DNA of 40,731 nt. Origin: a virus. Location of the stretch: positions 1-40,731 of IMG/VR virus record IMGVR_UViG_3300035670_000520; one strand, written 5' to 3'. The notes beneath the pieces are model-generated. The model did no database searches. It was not told the DNA's origin and saw only the letters and a program-made list of their open reading frames with translations. The translations under genes and the position numbers were made by a program. Positions 34,601 through 40,731 of the stretch are shown one piece after another (the stretch's first letter is position 1; every line of letters starts with the position of its first letter).

Positions 34601-35036
34601 TGCACCTGCGCGGCCGCGTGAGCCTGAGGCGAAAGCCCCGCCGGTGCCTGTGTTGGGTCGCGCTGCGGGCGATCTGGTGAAAGCCCCTGCCGTGCCGATG
34701 CTGTTTAAGCCCATGGTCGATGTGGCCAGTCCACCGGCAGCGGCTGGGCTGGGTGAGGCGGTGCGCGAGCTGGCCAAGGCGCCGGCGCCCGTACTGCCTG
34801 CGCCCGAGCCCAAGCCCGTCAAGGTGCCCGAGCCTGCCAAGGTGCCGGCGCCGAAGGTGGAGCAGTTGTTTACCTTCGCGCCGAGCATCAAGCTTGACGT
34901 GCACGGTGATGTGAAGGACCCCGAGCAGGTTGTGCGCGAGCTGGAGCCGCCCCTACGGCGCCTGTTCGAGGCCTTCCAGCGCGAAGTCGCTTCGCGCATG
35001 TCCTCGGCGCAGCTGTTCGATCAACCCCACGTTTAA
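31632..35036 (+). CDS. Tail tape measure protein, 1134 aa, with a long Pro/Ala-rich repetitive C-terminal part
   Basis: Position after E/E'; coiled-coil N-terminus, glycine-zipper hydrophobic segment, repeats PAPKLG(A/Q)(T/V)VR(E/D). Confidence 0.9.
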   Translation: MASKVALSLVIGGAVASSLGAAFKTAENGIQKLEAKGNKAKVLKSTIGETIKLREEWKRAHDSGAAGADKLLRKLDGNLDALRKQGVEVGKLGREYQRLGREAKAADLQLKGHQQLQAGKESLKSNIGRAVVATGAAAVPTMISANYQAVIRDIAIKADIANKPEEQQLSRTVIDTAKDTGMSRNDVADLVNQLVGAGMELDKALSYAPVAAKFAVGQGASGVDTASMIQALEQNAKISDPKVMQQALEAIAYQGQAGSFEASDMAKWFPQLLAGMEKNGITGLDAVTSLGSMLQVQMKTAGSSDEAANNFKNWMEKIGAGDIKKAYSDVGIDYQASLNTGLQKGMNVIEASMALAMRYVEKTDPAKAKQIKDAQAKIDKEVDPEKAKAALEALEKTLRTGDIFADMQVKAALTAYGQNRGLYEELKADSKKASGILDKNLAERRETSAQQWAELGQAVDDSMRSIGDAIRPATDLAAQGLTKVARGITSLSDQFPSIAMGIGGITAAVIAFLSARSALRVGRGVLNIAMGRGLEGLAGRAGKAERAPIKLPKTGSKVVDTGLGLLGKVFSPSSKVPGQADDPGAAANDTQRVFVVNADAFGGIGSSVANSGPAGPARGGSRRSRRRERRRAARQGVPARPAPTVEAPKAPKSAVAKVRPLPAALSSLTATDDLGKMARSMRGVTRLARRLPGGNVMDAGTAALDVALNAKTQDEKAEGYGGAAGSLAGTLAGAAAGAAIGSVVPVIGTAVGGAVGAVLGGMGGESFGGWLGKRWFGEDQPEGEPKGEAQAPAAPGETLRVTLDEAREAKAEVGSDMPPAGEAEAPASRAKPAAEKPEPQPVAPAPKLGATVRDSTPAVAAPVEAPRVAREPEVKAPVRGPAVRAGKPRAPDTALVRPQEKSVPPAQPEPQPAPPAPKLGQVVREAATPAPVVPSGPADPFVVPALAADKVRFPGADLVRPQAQPVPSGPAEPPAPKLGATVREAASLVPAPARPREPEAKAPPVPVLGRAAGDLVKAPAVPMLFKPMVDVASPPAAAGLGEAVRELAKAPAPVLPAPEPKPVKVPEPAKVPAPKVEQLFTFAPSIKLDVHGDVKDPEQVVRELEPPLRRLFEAFQREVASRMSSAQLFDQPHV
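34025..34036. repeat. Copy 3 of GTTACGCGTAAC (inside the tape measure gene)
   Basis: aaaCGTTACGCGTAACGctg. Confidence 0.95.
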
Positions 35037-35045
35037 GGAGGGCCT

Positions 35046-35891
35046 ATGCCCTACATGGAGCAGCTGGAATCTTCCCTGTCCAGCCTGGTGGCAGCGGGGG
35101 AGGCCGGCCGGAAAAGCGCCGACGGCATGCTGGTCCCGCTCAACGGCGCTATCAGCAGCATCACCGGTGCCGCGTCCGAGCTGGAGAGCATCCCGTTTCT
35201 GCCGCCCGAGATGGGCGCCAAGGCCGGCCGGCTGGTGCGCAGTATCGGTGTGGCACAGGCACGGGTCGGGCAGATAACGTCGACCTACAGCCGGGCTGTC
35301 TCAGGCGTCAGCCAGGTGCAGGAACGCCTCGGCACCTTCAAGCAGATGGCCAGCAAGGTGTCGTCGGAGGTCAACCGGGTGGCTGGCAAGGTCAGCCCTT
35401 CGCTGTCCAACATCCTGCCCAGTGGCGGGCTGCTGGGCTCGGCCACGCCGACACCGGAGGCTGTGGCGCCTTTCCCGCACCTGCTGATCATCCAGCCGCA
35501 TGAGCCGAACGCCCAGCCGTATTACTTCAACCTCGGTACGGCTGCGTTTGACGAGCTGCGCCGGCAGGCGTCGTTTCGTTGGGCGGGGCAAGAGCGCTTG
35601 CGCCGCAGCGTGGCGCAGCAGGCCGTGGGCCTGGGTGAGGAAAAGATCACGCTCAAGGGCGCGATCTTCCCGAACCACAAGGCCGGGCTCAAGCAGCTCA
35701 ACACCTTGCGCTCCATCGGCCGCAACCTGCGGGCGTTGAACCTGGTGACGGGTTACGGCGAGGTACTGGGCGACTGGTGCCTGGTCAGCATTGAGGAGGA
35801 GCAAAGCCACCTGTTGGCCGGCGGTATCCCCCGAAAACAAGGCTTCACCCTGGAGTTTGTGAGCTATGGCAACGACCTGCAGAACGTCTGA
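35046..35891 (+). CDS. Tail protein, P2 gpU type, with a ~145-aa N-terminal extension
   Basis: The C-terminal half (YYFNLGTAAFDELRR ... ITLKGAIFP ... LVTGYGEVLGDWCLVSIEEE) fits the GpU pattern. Confidence 0.8.
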   Translation: MPYMEQLESSLSSLVAAGEAGRKSADGMLVPLNGAISSITGAASELESIPFLPPEMGAKAGRLVRSIGVAQARVGQITSTYSRAVSGVSQVQERLGTFKQMASKVSSEVNRVAGKVSPSLSNILPSGGLLGSATPTPEAVAPFPHLLIIQPHEPNAQPYYFNLGTAAFDELRRQASFRWAGQERLRRSVAQQAVGLGEEKITLKGAIFPNHKAGLKQLNTLRSIGRNLRALNLVTGYGEVLGDWCLVSIEEEQSHLLAGGIPRKQGFTLEFVSYGNDLQNV

Positions 35892-36072
35892 CGGTGATCT
35901 GCTCGATGTGATCTGTCAGCACCATTACGGGCACCTCAACGGCACGGTCGAGGCCGTGCTTGATGCCAACCCGGATCTGGCCAGGCAGGCGCAGCCGTAC
36001 CGCGCCGGCCTGCTGATCCGGCTGCCGGATCTGCCGGCGCCTGCAGTCGAGCTGCTGCAGCTGTTCGGCTAG
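35866..36072 (+). CDS. Tail protein X (P2 gpX type)
   Basis: DGDLLDVICQHHYG...VEAVLDANPDLA...LPAGLLIRLPD-like pattern of Phage_tail_X. Confidence 0.8.
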   Translation: MATTCRTSDGDLLDVICQHHYGHLNGTVEAVLDANPDLARQAQPYRAGLLIRLPDLPAPAVELLQLFG

Positions 36073-36144
36073 CCATGATGGCAAGTTGCCCGGCCTGGTT
36101 GCGGCCTATACCATCCCGGTCACTTGCATGGAGCTGAGGACAGC

Positions 36145-36474
36145 ATGGGTAATTCAACTGAGTTGCGGCGGTACAAATTAGGCTGGGGCAGTGAGTTCTG
36201 GCGGCGCATGAACTGGCTGTTTTTCGGCACCCTGGTAACGGTGGCGCTGTGCTTCATCCCGTTCATTGGATGGGCTGCCGGCGCCGGTCTGTTCGTGGTG
36301 ATGCTGTGGAAAGCCTTTGGCCCGCGCCCGGTGCTGGTGGAGGGCGATTGCCCGGCCTGCACCAAGTGCCTGCCCATCGACCCCAAGCATGACGACGTAT
36401 TTGCCTGCCCCACCTGCGGCAGTGTCTTGAAGGTGGAGCCGGACGCCTTGGCCCTGGTGCCGATAGACCGATAG
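36145..36474 (+). CDS. Membrane protein with a C-terminal zinc ribbon, 109 aa, inserted between the X and D genes
   Basis: ATG at 36145 with GAGGA RBS; two hydrophobic helices; CPACTKC ... CPTCGS. Confidence 0.65.
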   Translation: MGNSTELRRYKLGWGSEFWRRMNWLFFGTLVTVALCFIPFIGWAAGAGLFVVMLWKAFGPRPVLVEGDCPACTKCLPIDPKHDDVFACPTCGSVLKVEPDALALVPIDR

Positions 36475-36482
36475 CAACACCC

Positions 36483-36511
36483 AGCCCCGCCCAGTGCGGG
36501 GCTTTTCTTTT
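36483..36511 (+). terminator. Rho-independent terminator
   Basis: AGCCCCGC-ccagt-GCGGGGCT followed by TTTCTTTT. Confidence 0.75.
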
Positions 36512-36532
36512 CAGCGCCGGCGCTCGCTCGGC

Positions 36533-36544
36533 GTTACGCGTAAC
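36533..36544. repeat. Copy 4 of GTTACGCGTAAC (intergenic, between the twin terminators upstream of gpD)
   Basis: ggCGTTACGCGTAACGaac. Confidence 0.95.
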
Positions 36545-36546
36545 GA

Positions 36547-36573
36547 ACCCCGCCCTGTGCGGGGTTTTTTGTT
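36547..36573 (+). terminator. Rho-independent terminator (second, 36 nt after the first)
   Basis: ACCCCGC-cctgt-GCGGGGT followed by TTTTTGTT. Confidence 0.75.
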
Positions 36574-36585
36574 CCTGGAGCAAGC

Positions 36586-37629
36586 ATGAAACCCACGTAT
36601 CAAATCGTCGCCGATGGCAACGACATTACCGCGCTGATCAATGACCGCCTGTTGCTGCTGCGCACCTCGGACAAGCCCGGCATGGAGTCGGACGAGTTCG
36701 AGCTGCGCATTGACGACCGCGACCAAGCCGTTGCGCTGCCGGCGCGCGGTAGCAACGTGGTGGTCATGATGGGCTATGAGGGCCAAGGATTGACCCGACT
36801 GGGGGCCTACACCGTCGACGAGGTAGAGCTGAGCGGCCCGCCCGACACCATCGTCATTCGCGGCAAGGCCAGCGACATGCGCGGCAGCGGTAAGACCGTG
36901 CGCAGCGGCAGTTGGGAGGACGTGCCGCTGTCGCAGATCGTCGGTGAAATCGCCAAGCGCAACGGCTGGGAGGTGTCTTGCCCGGTCGACACCAAGGTCG
37001 AGCGCATCGACCAGCGCAATGAGTCGGATTACAACTTTGTCACCCGCCTGGCCAAGCAGTACGACTGCACCGCCAAGGTGGCCGAGAGCAAGCTGCTGGT
37101 GATGCCGCGCCAAGGCGGGCAGAGCACTACCGGCAAGGCGCTGTCGGTCATCACCATCAACAAGACGGACGTTTCCCGCTACCAGTTCCGCCTCGGCGAC
37201 CGCAACTCGCAGAAGGCGGTGAAGACCCAGCACCAAGACCCCAAGACCGGCAAGTTGCAGGTGGTCGAGCTGGCCAACGACGAGTCGCCGGACGGCCTGC
37301 CGCCGGTGCACACCGACCGTCATGTCTACCCCAACAAAACCGCTGCCCAGCAGGCCGCCAAGGCGCGCCTGGCTGCGTTCAATCGCAGCACCGCCGGCGT
37401 GCGGCTGGAAATGCCCGGTCGCACTGATCTGTTTGCCGAACGCTCGATCAACGCCCAGGGCTTCAAGCCGGGGCTCGATGGCGAGTACCTGGTGGACGGC
37501 GTCGAGCAGGTATTCACCCAGTCCGGCTGGTCCACGACCGTCGAGTGCAACGGCGGCAAGAAGGGCAAGGCCAAGGCCTCGGGCAAGAAAAAGAAAGACA
37601 CCAAGCCGCTCGCGGTTGAGCAGCTGTAA
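36586..37629 (+). CDS. Late control / tail protein D (P2 gpD type)
   Basis: MKPTYQIVADGNDITALINDRLLLLRTSDKPGMESDEFELRIDD is a typical gpD N-terminus. Confidence 0.9.
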   Translation: MKPTYQIVADGNDITALINDRLLLLRTSDKPGMESDEFELRIDDRDQAVALPARGSNVVVMMGYEGQGLTRLGAYTVDEVELSGPPDTIVIRGKASDMRGSGKTVRSGSWEDVPLSQIVGEIAKRNGWEVSCPVDTKVERIDQRNESDYNFVTRLAKQYDCTAKVAESKLLVMPRQGGQSTTGKALSVITINKTDVSRYQFRLGDRNSQKAVKTQHQDPKTGKLQVVELANDESPDGLPPVHTDRHVYPNKTAAQQAAKARLAAFNRSTAGVRLEMPGRTDLFAERSINAQGFKPGLDGEYLVDGVEQVFTQSGWSTTVECNGGKKGKAKASGKKKKDTKPLAVEQL

Positions 37630-37665
37630 CCCTACGGCCGCGCGCGGCCAGCACTGGAGCAAGCA

Positions 37666-38214
37666 ATGGCACTATCCATACAGCAACTGCAGCAGATCCT
37701 CCCGAACGCCGGCCCGAAAGCCGGCGTTTTTGCACCCGTCCTCAACGCCGCCATGGGCAAGTTCGGCATCGTCACGCCGGTGCGGCAGGCGGCGTTCATC
37801 GCCCAGGTTGGCCATGAGTCCGGCCAGCTGCGTTACGTGCGCGAACTGGGCAGCAATGCCTATCTGGCCAAGTACGATACCGGCACGCTCGCGGCGCGGC
37901 TGGGCAACACGCCGGCGGCCGATGGCGATGGCCAGAAGTACCGGGGCCGTGGCCTGATCCAGATCACCGGCCTGGACAATTACCTGCGCTGTGGCGAGGC
38001 GCTGGGCCTCGACCTGGTCAACCACCCCGAGCTGCTGGAGCAGCCGCAGCACGCGGCCGCGTCGGCCGCATGGTTCTGGCAGCAGAAGGGCCTCAACACC
38101 CTGGCGGATCGCGGCGACTTCGCCGGCATCACCCGCAAGATCAACGGCGGCCTCAATGGCCAGGCCGACCGTTCGGTGCTGTGGGCGCGCGCCCGCAAGG
38201 TGCTGGGCGTATGA
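37666..38214 (+). CDS. Endolysin, glycoside hydrolase family 19 (chitinase-like)
   Basis: AAFIAQVGHESG ... YRGRGLIQITG ... FWQQKGLN ... INGGLNG signature of GH19 lysins. Confidence 0.9.
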   Translation: MALSIQQLQQILPNAGPKAGVFAPVLNAAMGKFGIVTPVRQAAFIAQVGHESGQLRYVRELGSNAYLAKYDTGTLAARLGNTPAADGDGQKYRGRGLIQITGLDNYLRCGEALGLDLVNHPELLEQPQHAAASAAWFWQQKGLNTLADRGDFAGITRKINGGLNGQADRSVLWARARKVLGV

Positions 38215-38732
38215 CCGGCCTGGACTGGCGTCTGGCGTTACTGGCTCTACTGCTGGGCCTGGCGGTCGGTGGCCGCAGCGCCTGGCTGTGGCAGGCAAAC
38301 GACTACGGCAAGCAGCTGGCCGAGGTGCGTGGGGCGCATGCCCTGGAGCGCGACAAGGCCAGCACGGCCGCCTTGGGCAAGCTGCAGGCCGTCCAGGCCG
38401 AGCGCAGCGCCTTGGAGCAGCGCCTGCAGGCCGACAGCACAACCCACTATCAGGAATTGAAAGATGCTCAAGACGACCGCAAGCGCCTTGCTGGCCAGCT
38501 TGCTACTGCTAATGTCCGGCTGTCAGTCCTCATCGACAACGCCGCCGTCGCCATCGGTGGTGACTGTGGGGTGCCAGCCGCCGCCGGCACCGGACGCGTG
38601 GTTTATGGCCCCGCGCGAGTCCAACTTGACCCAGCGCATGCTCAACGAATTCTCGGCATCACCGGCGACGGTGACGACGGATTGAAGGCGCTGCAGGCGT
38701 GTCAGGCCTACATTCACGGAGTCACTAAGTGA
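38211..38732 (+). CDS. Rz: i-spanin (Rz-like)
   Basis: ATGA coupling to the endolysin; N-terminal TMD (WRLALLALLLGLAVGG), coiled coil, conserved C-terminal RLSVLI region. Confidence 0.8.
   Translation: MTGLDWRLALLALLLGLAVGGRSAWLWQANDYGKQLAEVRGAHALERDKASTAALGKLQAVQAERSALEQRLQADSTTHYQELKDAQDDRKRLAGQLATANVRLSVLIDNAAVAIGGDCGVPAAAGTGRVVYGPARVQLDPAHAQRILGITGDGDDGLKALQACQAYIHGVTK
38464..38685 (+). CDS. Rz1: o-spanin lipoprotein (Rz1-like), embedded in the +1 frame of Rz
   Basis: Signal peptide with lipobox LLMSGC, Pro-rich mature part, ORF lies entirely inside Rz. Confidence 0.75.
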   Translation: MLKTTASALLASLLLLMSGCQSSSTTPPSPSVVTVGCQPPPAPDAWFMAPRESNLTQRMLNEFSASPATVTTD

Positions 38733-38839
38733 AAAGAGACGAGCCAGGCGGATCCTCATAGCAAGAGGGACTTGTGACCTGCTGAGCGCACATCTTATGC
38801 TATCAAAATAATGGCGCCGTTATTTTGTCGAGGTCAAAT

Positions 38840-39061
38840 GTGTCTATTTCAACTTCCTTCTCAATACTGGCCGTTTTTGTTGCGATAAGCATGGGCGCAT
38901 TCTCGCTCAAGATCCTTGAAAGACAGCAAGCCTTTGAAGCGTCATATTCCGATTGTGCGAGGGAAGCGATCCTCTATGGCGATGCGACCTGTGAGCATGC
39001 GCTTGCAGCAGAGAAAAGGGCTTTGGAAGCGACAGCTCGAGCTATCCTGCCAAAAGAATGA
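38840..39061 (+). CDS. Small membrane-anchored hypothetical protein (lower-GC moron), start uncertain
   Basis: GTG at 38840, 6 nt after GAGG; N-terminal hydrophobic segment SFSILAVFVAISMGAFSL. Confidence 0.45.
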   Translation: MSISTSFSILAVFVAISMGAFSLKILERQQAFEASYSDCAREAILYGDATCEHALAAEKRALEATARAILPKE

Positions 39062-39149
39062 TTCCTGAGTCAGAGGTTGGAGTCTAAGCGTTAGACTATT
39101 TGACGTCGGGCCAGCCGATCGTACCTCGATCATAGACTGAAGAATTGCT

Positions 39150-39374
39150 ATGGAAAAACGCACTTTCATTGGAATGGTAGAGGCCGGCGAGCCGCTGATT
39201 CAGCAGGCAGTCGACGCTATGCGCGAGTATCATCAGGCCCAAGATCTAGGCGCGTCGGCAGAAGAGATCGAGCGCCTGCGCCTGCTGGCCGAGTCGCTGT
39301 TCCAGGCGGTCTCCGATTACCAGCTTCGTGTCGTGGCCAAGGCCCGAGGTAAGGAGCTGCCACCGCTGCATTAG
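39150..39374 (+). CDS. Hypothetical protein, 74 aa
   Basis: Clean ATG ORF, helical-looking, no motif. Confidence 0.5.
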   Translation: MEKRTFIGMVEAGEPLIQQAVDAMREYHQAQDLGASAEEIERLRLLAESLFQAVSDYQLRVVAKARGKELPPLH

Positions 39375-39419
39375 GCCGCCGGTCGGTCGTTGCCTGCAAT
39401 CCTGAGGAATTATACGATA

Positions 39420-39435
39420 CTGTTTATTTGTACAG
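39420..39435. promoter_or_regulatory. LexA (SOS) box
   Basis: CTGTTTATTTGTACAG within TACTGTTTATTTGTACAGTA; CTGT-N8-ACAG with conserved TA flanks; ends 12 nt before ATG 39448. Confidence 0.8.
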
Positions 39436-39447
39436 TATCGGTGCCGC

Positions 39448-39741
39448 ATGTACTTCCTTCTCGTTCGACGCCGCAAGCATGGCGTGGCCTTACCCTCCGA
39501 CCGCCTACGGAAAGTCCAACCACTCCGCGCGGATGTCCACATCGGGGATCACCACAGCGAGCCCCTGGGGCGTGTGTCGACTCAGGCTTGGGTGTTCAAC
39601 CCTACACCTGGACCGGACATCATTCCGCGCCTGCACGACGCAAAGGTCAACGGCATGGCCCAGCTCGGCATCAACATCAACGGGGTCGAAGAAATCGACG
39701 GCGTGCTGTATGCGCAGTCTTGGTGGTGCAGGGCAGAATGA
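39448..39741 (+). CDS. Hypothetical protein, 97 aa, first gene of the SOS-box operon
   Basis: ATG directly downstream of the LexA box; its stop overlaps the next start (ATGA at 39738-39741). Confidence 0.6.
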   Translation: MYFLLVRRRKHGVALPSDRLRKVQPLRADVHIGDHHSEPLGRVSTQAWVFNPTPGPDIIPRLHDAKVNGMAQLGININGVEEIDGVLYAQSWWCRAE

Positions 39742-40043
39742 TGACCGGGATACCGCAGGCATGGATGGACGAACTGAATGACCATTTTGCCTTGGTCACC
39801 GATCCCGAAAGCCGCTCCGCGGTGCTGGATGAGATGGCGTATGCCGCCCATCGCAGGGGCGAGGTCAGTGCAGAGCACCTGGTCGACATGTTGGAGCTGT
39901 CCGAGGCCGCAAAGGGTTGGGCCTTGGTGGAGGTCGATGAGGCGTATCACATCGGCCTGTTCAGTTATGAGATTTCAGGTAAATGGGATGGCGACGAGCC
40001 AGGACGGATCATCGTAGGCAGAACGCCGGGGTGGGGGTGTTGA
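39738..40043 (+). CDS. Hypothetical acidic protein, 101 aa, second gene of the SOS-box operon
   Basis: ATG at 39738 coupled to the upstream gene; MMTGIPQAWMDELNDHFALVTDPESR... Confidence 0.6.
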   Translation: MMTGIPQAWMDELNDHFALVTDPESRSAVLDEMAYAAHRRGEVSAEHLVDMLELSEAAKGWALVEVDEAYHIGLFSYEISGKWDGDEPGRIIVGRTPGWGC

Positions 40044-40131
40044 GGCTGTCTAAAACTGCTCGAAAGCTTCTCGGTTTTACTGGGCGAAAGTCGCTGAAAC
40101 TGGCCGAACCGTATTAGACAGGCCGAATGCG

Positions 40132-40154
40132 CAGGCCGCTTTGGGGGCGGCCTG
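40132..40154. terminator. GC-rich hairpin between convergent genes (no clear U tract)
   Basis: CAGGCCGC-7 nt-GCGGCCTG. Confidence 0.35.
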
Positions 40155-40192
40155 AGCGTCGATTCTCACGCTACTGCTGCATTACCCGAAGC

Positions 40193-40468
40193 TTATTGAG
40201 TGTCGCGGACGTACCAGCCGATTTGTTGAGCCTTTCCCGCATATCGTTTGATTGCTTCGGAGTAAGCCTCTTTGAGCTCAGGAGACCGCTTATTGAGAGT
40301 ATTTTCGATTGCTAGGATGACGTCACCAGAGTGTATGTCTGTGCCGAGCTCTTCGTATGCTTGCTTCAAAGCTCTGTGAAAGCGCTGATCATCGAGAATA
40401 TGCGCAGTGTGCCAAGTATCGACGCGGAGCCACGGATTCAGCAGCTCTTCCAACCTTTCTATGTCCAT
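40193..40468 (-). CDS. Hypothetical protein, 91 aa, lower GC, divergent (across the window junction) from the three-gene cassette
   Basis: ATG at 40468 with GGAGG RBS (MDIERLEELLNPW...). Confidence 0.6.
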   Translation of the reverse strand: MDIERLEELLNPWLRVDTWHTAHILDDQRFHRALKQAYEELGTDIHSGDVILAIENTLNKRSPELKEAYSEAIKRYAGKAQQIGWYVRDTQ

Positions 40469-40604
40469 AATCCTCCCCAAAACACATACGCAAGTAACTG
40501 ATTTTGTTGGAGCCAAAAAGGCTATTATCGAGCTTGTTTCAAGTCGAAGATTTCTATTTAAGCCACTGATTTTACTAGGGAAAAATCACAATGGTCATGC
40601 ATCC

Positions 40605-40731
40605 CAGGCTTTGATGCCGTAGAGCGTGTAGGTCATTGATTTATATGGAAAAAATTTAGTTCCCCAAATTATCCCCAAATCCTCCCAAAAATTCAGCCCT
40701 CAATCATGCCACAGACGGAGGAGACCGCCCA
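40605..40731. repeat. Right copy of exact 127-bp terminal direct repeat
   Basis: Identical to 1-127 and ends exactly at the window end. Confidence 0.95.

Larger units (their letters stand above)
1..40604. mobile_element. One complete unit of a temperate tailed-phage genome (lambda-like early and head modules, P2/R-pyocin-like contractile tail), circularly permuted in this window
   Basis: Full set of integration, immunity, replication, Q, packaging, head, tail and lysis genes; exact 127-bp overlap between the window ends closes the circle. Confidence 0.85.

Noticed and set aside
39390-40043. 217-aa ORF spanning the SOS-box operon
   Set aside because: Its N-terminal half is an off-frame read through the LexA box and the 97-aa gene. 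The ATGA-coupled pair 39448-39741 and 39738-40043 explains the region better.

Overview
This window is one complete, circularly permuted temperate phage genome. Bases 1-127 recur exactly at 40605-40731, giving a unit length of 40,604 bp. GC is high apart from a few AT-rich islands.

The architecture is mosaic:
- **Recombination and early-left genes (minus strand):** lambda-type int/xis at 2311-3640, then a leftward early operon of small genes at 3688-8284.
- **Immunity region:** a lambda CI homologue with an S24 autoprotease domain and a Cro/YdaS-type protein. They are flanked by two triplets of a 14-bp operator (ATAAC-N4-GTTAT) that overlap outward TTGACA/TATGAT-type promoters.
- **Rightward early operon:** O-like and lambda P-like replication genes, ybcO, a second tyrosine recombinase, a Zn-finger protein and a QuuD-type Q antiterminator.
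- **Late region:** a strong late promoter, a low-GC moron, tandem terminators and a holin. A lambda-type head module follows (Nu1, A, W, portal, protease-capsid fusion, DUF2190, FII-like). Then comes a P2/R-pyocin-type contractile tail module (V, W, J, I, fibre genes, sheath, tube, E/E', tape measure, U, X, D). The region ends with a GH19 endolysin and Rz/Rz1 spanins.
- **Accessory region:** small genes run from the spanins round the window junction to int.

The most interesting candidates are:
- An AT-rich three-gene operon (215-2314) ending in a PD-(D/E)xK nuclease-like protein. It sits in the att/int-proximal cargo slot and is a possible undescribed defence or exclusion system.
- A low-GC moron between the late promoter and its terminators.
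- Two perfect LexA (SOS) boxes controlling small genes of unknown function.
- An intact second integrase in the nin region.
- A 12-bp palindrome (GTTACGCGTAAC) present at least four times in the late region.
- A tail-chaperone E' extension lying in the +1 rather than the -1 frame.

No tRNA, rRNA, CRISPR array, reverse transcriptase or transposase was seen. All calls rest on manual reading of the ORF track and sequence. No database search was run, so family assignments come from remembered motifs and reference sequences.
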